Origin: a virus
Strand: one strand, 5' to 3'
DNA: 64,000 nucleotides
Virus record (IMG/VR): IMGVR_UViG_3300034072_000369
Coordinates: 6,093 to 70,092 of that record
Part shown: in pieces, positions 1 through 10,224 of the stretch
How positions within the stretch are numbered: position 1 is the first letter of the stretch
Layout of the letters: the number at the start of each line of letters is the position of its first letter
Position numbers and translations under genes: made by a program
The notes under the pieces: generated by a model
The model's input: only the letters and a program-made list of their open reading frames with translations
Databases searched by the model: none
Told to the model about the DNA's origin: nothing

Positions 1-2
1 GG

Positions 3-155
3 ATTATGATGCTAAAGCTAAATGATATGGTTCCTCCAGATTATGATGATGAAGAAGGTAAACAAGAGATAACTGCTGATGAAAGTTTAATTAGTAAACC
101 TGATAATTCAGACTTTGCTAGGAGAATTGCAGATGAAGAAAACACCAAGCTCTAA
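3..155 (+). CDS. 3' end of a gene truncated by the window edge, probably the portal protein
   Basis: Open frame from the edge (IMMLKLNDMVPPDYDDEEGKQEI...) to TAA at 153-155. The portal call rests only on position upstream of MuF-scaffold-capsid and the absence of a portal elsewhere in the window. Confidence 0.4.
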   Translation: MMMLKLNDMVPPDYDDEEGKQEITADESLISKPDNSDFARRIADEENTKL

Positions 156-159
156 CCTA

Positions 160-288
160 ATGAAAGAAGGTCTTTACAAGATGAAGGAATTACAAACTCC
201 TCGTAAAGACATGAATGAAAATAGAGACATATGGAAAAATAAAGATATGTCAAAAAGTGCTGAAATTGCATCTAAAATAAAGAGGTGA
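160..288 (+). CDS. Small hypothetical protein (42 aa)
   Basis: ATG at 160 to TGA at 286-288; fills the gap between flanking genes; below the ORF-track size cutoff. Confidence 0.4.
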   Translation: MKEGLYKMKELQTPRKDMNENRDIWKNKDMSKSAEIASKIKR

Positions 289-292
289 TACT

Positions 293-445
293 ATGCCACT
301 AAAGAAGGGTTATTCTCAGAAAACAATTTCTCAGAATATTAGTACGATGGTTAAAGAAGGCCGTCCGCAAAATCAAGCTATTGCTATTGCTTTAGAAAAA
401 GCTCGAGAAGCGGAGCAAAAGAAATCTAAATCGAAATCAAAATAG
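293..445 (+). CDS. Small basic phage protein (50 aa, [16 protein letters not shown]...QAIAIAL)
   Basis: ATG 293 after GAGGTG, TAG 443-445; resembles a recurrent small phage head-region protein type (recognised by eye). Confidence 0.65.
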   Translation: MPLKKGYSQKTISQNISTMVKEGRPQNQAIAIALEKAREAEQKKSKSKSK

Positions 446-454
446 GTGAGATTT

Positions 455-3400
455 ATGTCCATCAACGCTAATACACAAATTTATGACAAAGCAATAGATA
501 GAGCTGCAATGATAAGGCTCTACGAGAGACGTGTCAATGGTAAGATTGAATTAGTTATTGATGGTCATACCGTCCGAGTAGATAAACTTATCAAAGATGC
601 AAATCTTTCAACTAAAGGCTTTAATAGATTACAGGAAGCCATTGATCAGGAACTTCAGCGAACATATAAAGAAGCATTCAATATCAGTAAAAGATCTTTA
701 TTAGATCTTGTTTCTGATCAAATCTCATTTACATACCAAAATGTAGAATCTGCATTAGGTAAGATTTGGCGTGCTGAAAGACCTCCTAAAAGAGTAGCTG
801 AAGAAATTGTACTTGAAAAACCATTACATTCTAATCAAACTTTAGCTGCTGGTTGGGCAGGTATAAGTTCTAATGAGAAGAGACGTATTGAAGCCTTAAT
901 TAGAAAAGGAATTGCAGAAAATAAAACTGTAGATGAAATTGCTTTAGATGTAAGACGAGGCAATATTCATAGTATTAGTCGTATGCAATCAAAGGCATTA
1001 GTAGTAACTGCAATAACTTCTGTAACAGCTCAAACGGATCATGCAGTATATAAAGCAAATGAAAAAGCTATCCAAGGTTGGCAATATGTTGCTGTGTTAG
1101 ACTCTAGGACAACTCCACTCTGTGCTCATAGAGATGGTAAAATATATCCAATAGATGACACACGACATTTGCCACCAGCTCATTTTCATTGTAGATCTAC
1201 TACAATTCCTGTATTCAAATCATGGGAAGATATGAGTAAATTAGAAGGTGTTGCACAAATACGGCGTAGGAATATCTCAAATCTTAGTGATAAGGATATT
1301 CAATTCTATGATGGTCAAACGCCTATGCGAGAGACCTATAATTCTTGGTTGTTAAGACAAGATAAAAGTGTACAATTACGTCATATTGGAGATTATCAAA
1401 AAGTTGAGTTATTTAGATCTGGCCAACTAGAATTAAGTAAGTTCACTAATGATGAAGGTAATTCTTTAGGTATAAAAGAACTTAGAGCAATGACAGATAG
1501 TGGATATACGCTACCAAATGACACAAGGAAATTTGCATTAGCTAAAGAAAAACTAGATGCAATGCAATTAGGCGCAAATACTCCTGATGACCTAATTAAT
1601 GACAAACAATTAAGACAAACCTTACTTGACTATTATCTATTACAGGCTGGAGATCTTAGTGGTAATTTGTCTCTAACTAACTATAGAGGCACTCTAATGG
1701 GTGTTAAGCGATCTGTAAAGAATCGCGTTTTATCTACTCCTCCTAGAGAAGATCAGCTAAAGTTTAATCCAATAACAGGTCGATATGAAGATGTTAGACT
1801 GTATCAACCAAATCCATCAGTATTAACCAATAACATAAGACTTATTGATGAGAGTACTAAGCTTTTAGATAGAGATAAAGAATTTATTAAAAACTTTGTA
1901 GATAATCTAGCTGAAAGAATGAGTGTTAATGAAAGAGCAGTAATTGCAGATAATTTAAGAATAATTTTTGGAAGATATCGAGACAATCCAGACGTATGGG
2001 TTAATCTGAAAGCAATTATTCAGAGTCAAATTAAGTTTGATGTAATGAATGTATCAGATGCTATTGAGACTCAGATTCGAAGAGACTCTGACATCTTAAA
2101 GAAAATCTTACAAGATAATTATATTGATCCAGTATTAGGTCCAGTACAATTACAAGATTTACATGATAAGTTTATAGATAATATCTTAAAACGAAATAGA
2201 TGGGAAGATAAAGTTGCACCTAAGATTGCTAATGAACTAAGGAATGTATTTGATTATAAAATACCTCTAGTTATTAAAAATAGAATTTCTGATAGAGATT
2301 TACAACAATTCTATCTAAGATTTGCGCATAGATTAAGTTTAGCGGATTCTCCAGACAGAGATCAATTCGCTATTGCATTAGGAAGAGATCTCTATAACTT
2401 AGCAAATTTAAATGGTTATAAGAGAAAATGGTATGATCTTGGATTATCTTTACTAGAATCTAAGAATGTAAAGAAATTCTTTGAAGTTGAAACATTTGGT
2501 GTTCAAAAGAGGCGAATGAAAAGTAAGTTAAGTTCAGCTTACTTTGGACCTTATTATGATACACTGTCTTATAATATTCGAGTTGTAGACCCAAGAATTC
2601 AAGAATATGCTCAACTTAATAGAAAAATAGATCTAGGACTAAGAATTAGTGTAACTGAAGATAAGAATAGACTTGTTTTCAGAGAAGGTTATAAAACCTA
2701 CTTTATTGATCGTGGAATTTTAGGATATGAAGATACTAGAATACCAATTACATCTACTAGTAGTTTTAGCGATTTTCCAGAAGAATTTGTCGACAAAGAA
2801 TTTATAGATGCTTTAAATTGGGCATCTAAGGCAAAATATAAAATAGATCAGGATTATTTCGACTTTGTACGAAAATTACTATACTTTGAAGACGACAGAG
2901 GTAATGCTAAGAAGTATAATGACTTGAACGAATATCGTAAATATATGGCATCTCGAGGAGATACATATGAGCGATTTAAGGCAATGGAATGGTTAAGAGC
3001 TTCTGGTAAGTCTTTTAGCAATCATCCATTCATTGATCATCGTGCTCGTATTTATGATCGTGGTCTAATTAGTCCTCAATCAGGTGAAGCTTTTAGACCA
3101 TTTTTGAACACAGAAGAAGTTAAGAAATTTAGTCCTGATGACTTTAGAAATTTACAAGATCAAATAGGAGCTTTTCTTGGTGGATTAAATGATTACTTTG
3201 AAGGCAGATTTAATTCTTTATCATTTACTGGCAGACAAAAAGTTGCCGAGAAATGGAGACCAGAATTAATAAGAGTAGGTAATCATATGCTAAGAGGTAA
3301 ACCTAATGATATTAGAGCTATATTAGAATCTGATTTTGTTTCTAGAGTAGATGGTGAAGAATTAAATAAATTCTTTAGATTTGCATTAGAAATTGCTAAA

Positions 3401-5083
3401 ATTGATAATTATCTAGAAGGTAATTATTCTGCTAAATCACTTGAAAAGCTTAATAATTATGATATTTCTCTTGCATTAGAGCAGGATGCTTCCTCATCTG
3501 GTGCTCAAATTATTGCATTAACTACTAGGAATAAACAACTTGCTGAATTAAGCAATGTCGTACCTACTAGTCAAAAGAAAAGATTATACGATGAAATTGC
3601 AGCTTTAACGTATAATGATCCTAGGTTTAGAAAGCTAAATGAAAGATTAGGTCTAAATGAGAAAGATTTAAGAAAAGCTTCTAAAGCTCAGAATATGGTT
3701 ACATTCTATGGTGCTGGAGAACGTACTAGTGGTCTGAATGTAGAAGGTAAATTATCTAAAGTTCTAGAAAAAGATGTAAACACATTAGTTGTAAAGGCAG
3801 CTGATAGAGATAAAGTCTTGAATGAAATAAGTGCTAGAATTGCACGATATGAGAAATTTGATCCTGAAACTGCTGAAGAACTAAGAGATTTACGTCAAAA
3901 TGTTAGAGATATATTTAACAAAGGATTAGACCCTGGTGATGAAATACTAGAGCAGCTGTATTTTCTTGATCCTAAAACTAGAGATCTTGTTGAAAAGTTG
4001 TCAACATCTTATGAAAAGATTGTGACACCAAATGACTTTAAAGCAATCGCTCAAATTATGAGTGAGTATCTTGCAGAACAAGTACCTATTCTAAAAGGAT
4101 TTACTAGATACTTTGGTAGATTAGCGGAAGACTATCTAGCTAATGCTAAACCATCTAATGCTGACTTCGATTGGAAAACAATTGCAAAAACTACATTAGT
4201 TGGAAGTAAAAAGAAAGGTTATGTACTCTCAGATAATGTAAGCCAGCTATTAGGTGTTAAAGCAGGTGAACCTCTGAGTGAGAAACTTTTAAAGAGATTT
4301 GGTTTCTGGAAACCTAATGGGACTCTAAGTCAAATTGTTTATGGGGTAGAAGCTCCAGATGTCAGGCGAACTGGTGCTAAATATCTTAAAGTAGACTTTT
4401 TACAGTTAAAGACACTAAATGAATTAGAAGTCTTTTATGCAAACAAATTACCAAAAAGCTGGACTAACGTACCTTGGGTAAATTTTGATGGAAAGATTAT
4501 TGAACAGAACTTTACGCAAACTATTGAAGAAAGATTGGTATATAAGGATAAATTTGGTAATTGGACTACAAATATTTTACAAGTGCCTCAAAAGACTGAA
4601 GCATCTTGGTGGGAACAGGTAATAAATAAATCAGGTAAAATTAATGATATTGCAGATCTTACAAGAGCTAGAACTGCCTTTGCAGTTAATGGTAATCATT
4701 CAAATGATGCTGTAATTGTAAAGAAGTTCCATTTATGGGGACGAAAGAATAAAGTTCCAACGTCTACTATACATGATGCTTTCTTTACTAATGCTGCTGA
4801 CATGTTAAAAGCTAGGCAGGCTCTAAGAGAGAGTTATGCTGAAGTTTTAAATAAGAATGTAATCAAAATGACACTAGATGAGATGCGTGCGAGAGGTCTA
4901 CCTAAAGAATTATATGATAAATATCTTGAAGAAGCTATTGAAACAGGCCTAATACCAATTCCTGGTAGGTCAAGAGTGGGTGGTAAAATACTCACAGAAA
5001 AAGATATTCTGAACAAGTCTGACATTCTTAGAGAAATCCCTAAAGGTTTTTCAAATGATTTCGGATGGTACGGAGTAGGTTAG
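455..5083 (+). CDS. Fusion of a MuF/SPP1-gp7-like minor head protein and a T7-type single-subunit RNA polymerase (putative virion RNAP)
   Basis: N-terminal MuF signature WQYVAVLDSRTTPLC...PPAHFHCRS (~1076-1200). C-terminal RNAP motifs: DHRARIY (~3035), motif A QDASSSGAQ (~3485), motif B RKASKAQNMVTFYG (~3671), motif C TIHDAF (~4769). One uninterrupted ORF; ATG 455 preferred over GTG 446 because of the AGGTG ribosome-binding site. Confidence 0.9.
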   Translation: MSINANTQIYDKAIDRAAMIRLYERRVNGKIELVIDGHTVRVDKLIKDANLSTKGFNRLQEAIDQELQRTYKEAFNISKRSLLDLVSDQISFTYQNVESALGKIWRAERPPKRVAEEIVLEKPLHSNQTLAAGWAGISSNEKRRIEALIRKGIAENKTVDEIALDVRRGNIHSISRMQSKALVVTAITSVTAQTDHAVYKANEKAIQGWQYVAVLDSRTTPLCAHRDGKIYPIDDTRHLPPAHFHCRSTTIPVFKSWEDMSKLEGVAQIRRRNISNLSDKDIQFYDGQTPMRETYNSWLLRQDKSVQLRHIGDYQKVELFRSGQLELSKFTNDEGNSLGIKELRAMTDSGYTLPNDTRKFALAKEKLDAMQLGANTPDDLINDKQLRQTLLDYYLLQAGDLSGNLSLTNYRGTLMGVKRSVKNRVLSTPPREDQLKFNPITGRYEDVRLYQPNPSVLTNNIRLIDESTKLLDRDKEFIKNFVDNLAERMSVNERAVIADNLRIIFGRYRDNPDVWVNLKAIIQSQIKFDVMNVSDAIETQIRRDSDILKKILQDNYIDPVLGPVQLQDLHDKFIDNILKRNRWEDKVAPKIANELRNVFDYKIPLVIKNRISDRDLQQFYLRFAHRLSLADSPDRDQFAIALGRDLYNLANLNGYKRKWYDLGLSLLESKNVKKFFEVETFGVQKRRMKSKLSSAYFGPYYDTLSYNIRVVDPRIQEYAQLNRKIDLGLRISVTEDKNRLVFREGYKTYFIDRGILGYEDTRIPITSTSSFSDFPEEFVDKEFIDALNWASKAKYKIDQDYFDFVRKLLYFEDDRGNAKKYNDLNEYRKYMASRGDTYERFKAMEWLRASGKSFSNHPFIDHRARIYDRGLISPQSGEAFRPFLNTEEVKKFSPDDFRNLQDQIGAFLGGLNDYFEGRFNSLSFTGRQKVAEKWRPELIRVGNHMLRGKPNDIRAILESDFVSRVDGEELNKFFRFALEIAKIDNYLEGNYSAKSLEKLNNYDISLALEQDASSSGAQIIALTTRNKQLAELSNVVPTSQKKRLYDEIAALTYNDPRFRKLNERLGLNEKDLRKASKAQNMVTFYGAGERTSGLNVEGKLSKVLEKDVNTLVVKAADRDKVLNEISARIARYEKFDPETAEELRDLRQNVRDIFNKGLDPGDEILEQLYFLDPKTRDLVEKLSTSYEKIVTPNDFKAIAQIMSEYLAEQVPILKGFTRYFGRLAEDYLANAKPSNADFDWKTIAKTTLVGSKKKGYVLSDNVSQLLGVKAGEPLSEKLLKRFGFWKPNGTLSQIVYGVEAPDVRRTGAKYLKVDFLQLKTLNELEVFYANKLPKSWTNVPWVNFDGKIIEQNFTQTIEERLVYKDKFGNWTTNILQVPQKTEASWWEQVINKSGKINDIADLTRARTAFAVNGNHSNDAVIVKKFHLWGRKNKVPTSTIHDAFFTNAADMLKARQALRESYAEVLNKNVIKMTLDEMRARGLPKELYDKYLEEAIETGLIPIPGRSRVGGKILTEKDILNKSDILREIPKGFSNDFGWYGVG

Positions 5084-5086
5084 TGA

Positions 5087-5104
5087 AACCCGTTAAATTA
5101 ACCC
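5087..5104 (+). promoter_or_regulatory. Class 1 conserved motif AACCCGTTAAATTAACCC (putative phage RNAP promoter), upstream of scaffold and capsid genes
   Basis: One of five near-identical 18-mers, all intergenic and in the same orientation. Confidence 0.75.
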
Positions 5105-5193
5105 AGGTGTCATTTAGTATAATGATACCTACTATTTTATAATAAAGATTGTATCTTTATTTTAATGAGTTGTACTCAAAAGGAAATTTTAAA

Positions 5194-5883
5194 ATGTCTG
5201 ATTCTAACACCAATAACGCTGATACTGATAATACTAATCAAGATTCTGATAAGAATCAAAATAATAGTAATCAAAATAATCAGCAGACTAATGAAGACCC
5301 TGTTGAAAAGTTAGTAAAAGAACGTGTCTCTGAAGCTGTTAAGGATATCAAAACTAAACTTGATAGTGCTTACGGTGCTCGTGATGAAGCGATGCGAAAG
5401 CTTGCAGATATCGAGCAAAAACAGAAAGAACGTGAACTTGAACAACTTAAGAAAGAGGGTAAAGAGAAGGAAGCTTTAGAACTTCAACTATCTGAAGAAC
5501 GTGCCAAAAGAGAGACTCTAGAACGGCGTACTATTGAACTTACGCGAGATCTAGAGTTACGTAATTCGCTCTCTGGCTATGATTTTAGGAATGATACTGC
5601 AATAGATATGGCGTATCGTGAAATTGTAGCACAACTTATTCAAAATGAACAAGGTGTTTGGGTACACAAATCAGGAATCTCTGTAAAAGACTTTGTCAAA
5701 CAATTTACAGAACAAGATTCTAATTCATTTTTGTTGAAACCAAAAGTATCTTCTGGTGCTGGAACTACGACAACTCAATCTAATAGTTCATCTGGTGATA
5801 ATAGCAAGAAATCGCTCTTTAGCATGTCGCAAGATGATGTCTTAAAATTAGCTAGGGAAGGCAAACTTCCTCCTAAGAGATAA
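5194..5883 (+). CDS. Capsid scaffolding protein
   Basis: N/D/Q-rich N-terminus, charged coiled coil, directly upstream of the major capsid gene; AAGGA RBS before ATG 5194. Confidence 0.75.
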   Translation: MSDSNTNNADTDNTNQDSDKNQNNSNQNNQQTNEDPVEKLVKERVSEAVKDIKTKLDSAYGARDEAMRKLADIEQKQKERELEQLKKEGKEKEALELQLSEERAKRETLERRTIELTRDLELRNSLSGYDFRNDTAIDMAYREIVAQLIQNEQGVWVHKSGISVKDFVKQFTEQDSNSFLLKPKVSSGAGTTTTQSNSSSGDNSKKSLFSMSQDDVLKLAREGKLPPKR

Positions 5884-5894
5884 AAGGAATTTAA

Positions 5895-7082
5895 ATGACT
5901 GTTAAAACTAACCTTGCAGGTGCCGACAACTTTGTTCTGCAAGAAGCTCTGAGTGCGTACTCGGATGAAGCATATACTAGTGAACGTAAACTTACTAGCA
6001 CTGGTATTGTTGGCGATAATCCTAATATTGATACTAACACTGAAACCTTTAGTGGTCAGGTTCGTTGGTTTAAGCCTTTGAATCCTACTGTTAACGTTGC
6101 ATCTCTTACCGACTCTACTGCCGGTACTGGTACTACGTATTCGTCTGATTATGTAAATTACATTAAGACAGTACGTACACATGGTGCTACTAAAGTTAAC
6201 ATGCAGCAAGTTGTAACTCAACAAGACGGTCTTGCTAAAATCGGTCGTGATTTTGGTGAAACTCGTGCTAAAGATGAGCATAATGCTCTCTTGGCTATTC
6301 TTAAGGGTGTTGCACTGTCCGAAGCACTCAATGGTGCTGCTGCTGCTAGTGGTGCAACAGGTCTTGGTGGACAAACTTTTGATAATGATCCTACCGATAA
6401 GAAATACGGTTTCTATGTAGACCTTGGTGCAGCTAAGGCTGTTGTAGATGCAACTACTTCTATTCAGGGTGCTGCTCGTGCTCAAGGTTTCTTAGATGCT
6501 ATGGGAATGGCATTTAAAGATTATGAGCCAGAGTATGCATATCTAATCACCAGTCCTCAAATGATGGCTTCGCTTCGTTCGGCAAATCTTGTTGATCAAA
6601 CGACTGTTGTAGATGGTAATGTTAATTTTAATACTATCTTCCAAGGTAAACTTCGTTTGATTCAAACTCGTGCCTCACAAGGCTTTACCTCTGCTGAGTT
6701 GACAAAAGTTAACACTGGTGCAGGTGTAGATATTGTTGGTACTAAAACCTCCTTTATCGTACTTCCTGGTGCATTAGCAATGCGTCCTCTAGCTGTGCCT
6801 GATCAAGTTGAAATTGAGCGTAATGCTGCAGCCTATAAGGGCGGTGGTACTACCTCTATTTGGTATCGTTGGGGCTATGTAATGCATCCTGCTGGTTACG
6901 ATTGGGCAGGTGGTAAAGAAGCATTCCCATCTGATGCTGAGTATCGTTATGCAATCGAAGGTGGTACACCTAAAGCCCTCGCTAGCGTTGCCTCTGGTAC
7001 GCTTGCAAGCACTACAGGAACATGGATTCGTAAGTCGTCTTCTGCATTGAGCTTGGGTATTCTGCCTATTTTCCATTCTTAA
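5895..7082 (+). CDS. Major capsid protein
   Basis: 395 aa, A/G/T-rich, strong RBS, follows the scaffold gene; C-terminal RWGYVMHPAGYDW motif typical of phage coat proteins. Confidence 0.85.
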   Translation: MTVKTNLAGADNFVLQEALSAYSDEAYTSERKLTSTGIVGDNPNIDTNTETFSGQVRWFKPLNPTVNVASLTDSTAGTGTTYSSDYVNYIKTVRTHGATKVNMQQVVTQQDGLAKIGRDFGETRAKDEHNALLAILKGVALSEALNGAAAASGATGLGGQTFDNDPTDKKYGFYVDLGAAKAVVDATTSIQGAARAQGFLDAMGMAFKDYEPEYAYLITSPQMMASLRSANLVDQTTVVDGNVNFNTIFQGKLRLIQTRASQGFTSAELTKVNTGAGVDIVGTKTSFIVLPGALAMRPLAVPDQVEIERNAAAYKGGGTTSIWYRWGYVMHPAGYDWAGGKEAFPSDAEYRYAIEGGTPKALASVASGTLASTTGTWIRKSSSALSLGILPIFHS

Positions 7083-7100
7083 TTATAGAGAGGAACACTT

Positions 7101-7577
7101 ATGGCACTCGTAAAAGGAACTAACTCTTATGCGACGGTAGCTGAGGCCAATACCTACTTTGAAGATCGTATCGATGTTGCAGCATGGACAAGTGCATCTG
7201 AAGCTCAAAAATCTCAGTCACTTGTCACAGCAACACTGATGCTAGACGATCTTGATTGGATAGGAGTTGCTGTAAGTGATTCTCAAACTCTTGCTTTCCC
7301 TCGTGTAGGTGTGTATTTTGATCCTCGATTAGGAATGGATGTTGAACTAGAAAACACTGTTCCTAGTCGAATCACAACTGCTACTTATGAACTAGCATAT
7401 CACTTGTTAAATAATGACGGACTACTCGATGACACTGGTAGTGTCAAAGATTTGAAAGTAGGAAATATTGATTTAAATTACGTCAAATTAGCTAATAGAA
7501 TTCCTAATATTGTTAAACGCTTAGTTAAGCCTTTACGTATTAATAGTGGTTCTAATCTATGGTGGAGGGCTAACTAG
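7101..7577 (+). CDS. Head-tail adaptor/connector protein
   Basis: NSYATVAEANTYF...QTLAFPR pattern of phage adaptors; position after the capsid gene. Confidence 0.75.
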   Translation: MALVKGTNSYATVAEANTYFEDRIDVAAWTSASEAQKSQSLVTATLMLDDLDWIGVAVSDSQTLAFPRVGVYFDPRLGMDVELENTVPSRITTATYELAYHLLNNDGLLDDTGSVKDLKVGNIDLNYVKLANRIPNIVKRLVKPLRINSGSNLWWRAN

Positions 7578-7930
7578 TGTCATATCAGAACTTGATTGAT
7601 ACTAACCTCAACCGAGCTTTTACTCTTTTAAAAGACTTAGCTGTTAATGCAACTTTAACATTAAAACCAAATCCATCTTTTAATTTTGGACTTGGAGATG
7701 CTGAATTTAGCTCTGCTGTTAATGTTACTACTAAAGTTATTGTTGTTGAAAAAGAGAAGAAAGCAAAAGATCGTAATACTGTTGAAACACAGATTATGTT
7801 AAAGACTAAAGAGGTTGGTGATTTAACTCGATATTCTACTATTCAACTAAATAGTCAAACCTGGAACATCGGTGATATTCCAAAAGACAATGGCTTTATT
7901 TCACTTGTGAACATTTATAGGGAGGTATGA
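7577..7930 (+). CDS. Putative head closure protein
   Basis: 117 aa; call from size and neck-module gene order. Confidence 0.5.
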   Translation: MSYQNLIDTNLNRAFTLLKDLAVNATLTLKPNPSFNFGLGDAEFSSAVNVTTKVIVVEKEKKAKDRNTVETQIMLKTKEVGDLTRYSTIQLNSQTWNIGDIPKDNGFISLVNIYREV

Positions 7931-8337
7931 TGGGTAAGTTTATTGACTTACAAACAGACATCTTCTCTATATTTGATAGTGTAGCATGGAAAGCTGAAAA
8001 TATAAAAACATTTCCGGTTAACTTCGTAAGTGTATCTACAGGAAATGAATTTATTAGAGTGTCTATTATTGCTAATGGGGCTGGCTTAAATATTAAATCA
8101 GTTTCCGGTGTATTTATAGTAGATATATTTACATCTGCAGGAAATGGTCCTAAACCCACATCTCTTATAGCAGATAAACTTGATCAATACCTTGTTGGTA
8201 AAAGTGTATCTACCCAGTCAGGTGCAGTTACACAATTCTTGAACAGTTCTCTAGATTATAGAGGTGTTGATAAGGATAATCCAGCATTGTTTAGATCAAC
8301 TTACACAATACCATTCAATTACTTTGGAGTGTTTTAA
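7927..8337 (+). CDS. Putative tail terminator/completion protein
   Basis: 136 aa, directly before the tail tube gene; gene-order based. Confidence 0.55.
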   Translation: MMGKFIDLQTDIFSIFDSVAWKAENIKTFPVNFVSVSTGNEFIRVSIIANGAGLNIKSVSGVFIVDIFTSAGNGPKPTSLIADKLDQYLVGKSVSTQSGAVTQFLNSSLDYRGVDKDNPALFRSTYTIPFNYFGVF

Positions 8338-8937
8338 ATGGCTCATATCACCTCGATTGGTGCAGGCCTTTACTCGGATCTGGCTGTAGCCGTTCCTGGT
8401 ACTGACCTCACTGCTAGTCAACTCGCTGCTCTAGATACGGCAGGTGAGTTTCAAGCTCTGTTTGCTACAGAGATTGATAGCGTAGGCGGAACTAAAGGTA
8501 CTAATACTTTTGTTCGTATTAAGAACGTTCGTGAATTCCCTGCAATGGGAACTCCTCCGAATATTGTTAATGTACCAACTTATGGTGCTAAGACTTCTCA
8601 ACAGATTCAAGGTCAATCTGATGCTCCTTCTTTAGAGATCACATTGAACTTTGTTCCTTCTGATTGGGCTGATGAAGTTACTAATATTCTTGGTAGCATG
8701 GTTGGTGATGGAAAGCAATATGTTTTCCGTTTTGCATTAATGAATGCACAACCAACTGGTACTGGTGCAACTAAGTATGCAGCTACTAGTGGTGGTATTG
8801 GTACTGTTCAAAACAGCCAATACTACTGGATTGGTAAAATTGAAGCATTGCTCGTTACGCCTCAGTTAACTGATGCTAACACTGCAACTGTAACTATTTC
8901 TATCCAGTCTGAGTTCTTTGGGGCTTATACTATCTAA
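8338..8937 (+). CDS. Major tail tube protein
   Basis: 199 aa; PNIVNVPTYG...QIQGQSDAPSLEITLNFVP resembles siphovirus tube proteins; upstream of chaperones and tape measure. Confidence 0.8.
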   Translation: MAHITSIGAGLYSDLAVAVPGTDLTASQLAALDTAGEFQALFATEIDSVGGTKGTNTFVRIKNVREFPAMGTPPNIVNVPTYGAKTSQQIQGQSDAPSLEITLNFVPSDWADEVTNILGSMVGDGKQYVFRFALMNAQPTGTGATKYAATSGGIGTVQNSQYYWIGKIEALLVTPQLTDANTATVTISIQSEFFGAYTI

Positions 8938-9020
8938 GTAACTATTTGAGGTGTATCATTAGTTAAGATACTTAAATATAAACTTAAAATATGACCTCAA
9001 TATTATTAATAAGAGATATT

Positions 9021-9257
9021 ATGACCCAAGATCAAAATAAACCATTTAGTATGGGCTATGTTTTACGCACTACAGCAAAACATATGCGTAAGAGTATAGA
9101 TATTAGCATCAGGAAAACCTTCGAAAGGATGCCTGAATTCGTAAATGATCAAGAGAAATCTAAAGAAGTGTTTCAAACTTTAGCATTTCTCCATACTATG
9201 AGGAAGCAATTAGATGACTTCCAATCTGCAAATTCCGAAAATTTCAAAGGCGAATAA
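9021..9257 (+). CDS. Hypothetical protein in the tail module
   Basis: ORF with ATG 9021, between tube and chaperone genes. Confidence 0.6.
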   Translation: MTQDQNKPFSMGYVLRTTAKHMRKSIDISIRKTFERMPEFVNDQEKSKEVFQTLAFLHTMRKQLDDFQSANSENFKGE

Positions 9258-9258
9258 A

Positions 9259-9564
9259 ATGTCTTCAAATATTAAAGGCTTAGTTGGCAAGAAAATGACT
9301 AAGACCGTAAAATTTATCGGTGAAGATGTAAAAATCACCAAGTTAAGTGTTGCTGAAGTTCTTGATATTCAAGATCGTGCAAAGGTCTCTAATGAAGATC
9401 AAGAAAGCGGTTTTGAATTACTTAAGAAAGTTATTAAAATGTCTGTAGAAGGTGCTGATGAACTTACAGATGAAGACTTCAACACATTCCCTATGGACGA
9501 ACTTTCAAAACTTTCTAATGAAATTATGAAGTTTTCTGGTATTGCAGGTGAACAGGGAAAGTAG
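9259..9564 (+). CDS. Tail assembly chaperone (lambda gpG-like)
   Basis: Position before the tape measure gene; ends ...CAG GGA AAG TAG, containing the slippery heptamer GGGAAAG. Confidence 0.8.
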   Translation: MSSNIKGLVGKKMTKTVKFIGEDVKITKLSVAEVLDIQDRAKVSNEDQESGFELLKKVIKMSVEGADELTDEDFNTFPMDELSKLSNEIMKFSGIAGEQGK

Positions 9565-9890
9565 TTATAGATGATGAACAGAAAGTTCTCTTTGAGATTG
9601 CATACAATCTAAGAACTCCTGTTTATAAACTCATAGAAGAAATGCCATATGATGAGTTTCTCTTATGGGTGTCTTATTTCGAAAATAGACCTATTGATTG
9701 GAGATCTGATCTTAGAGCAGCATATTTAATGAATGTTCTTGGTGAAAAGAAAAAGCCTCAAGAGATATTTCCTAGTCTAGCTGTTATATTCTCTAAACCT
9801 AAAGATAATCCTTTAAAAGGTTCTTATATGTTACAGAAATTACTATCTGCTAAAGGTGGTGATAAGTTAGATATATTAAAGGATATATAA
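9555..9890 (+). CDS. -1 frameshift extension of the tail chaperone (gpGT-like)
   Basis: G GGA AAG at 9555-9561; the -1 frame is open (KVVIDDEQKVLFEIAYNL...) and in frame with ORF 9642-9890. Confidence 0.8.
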   Translation, partial: GKVVIDDEQKVLFEIAYNLRTPVYKLIEEMPYDEFLLWVSYFENRPIDWRSDLRAAYLMNVLGEKKKPQEIFPSLAVIFSKPKDNPLKGSYMLQKLLSAKGGDKLDILKDI

Positions 9891-10216
9891 TGAAAGGTAA
9901 AATGGCTTTACTTGGTATTGAAGAAGAATTCAAAAAGCTCTTTCAAACCAGAGAAAAATTGACTCAAGAACAAGCAAGACTTGATGTATCAAAGATGGTG
10001 AATGACTTAAAACAAGCTACACCAATTGATACAGGATTAGCTCAACAATCATGGAAAACTACTGAATTGCCGAATACCTTTGTAGTAGAAAATACTACAG
10101 AATATATTCAGTACTTAAATGAAGGTTCATCTAAGCAAGCTCCTGCTAGATTCATAGAATCTATTGCATTAAAATATGGTGTTCCATTAGGAACTATTGT
10201 TGAAGTAAAAGAATAG
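9890..10216 (+). CDS. HK97 gp10-like tail/neck protein
   Basis: TPIDTG...SW and NTTEYIQYLNEGSSKQAPARF motifs typical of this family. Confidence 0.7.
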   Translation: MKGKMALLGIEEEFKKLFQTREKLTQEQARLDVSKMVNDLKQATPIDTGLAQQSWKTTELPNTFVVENTTEYIQYLNEGSSKQAPARFIESIALKYGVPLGTIVEVKE

Positions 10217-10224
10217 CAGTACAT

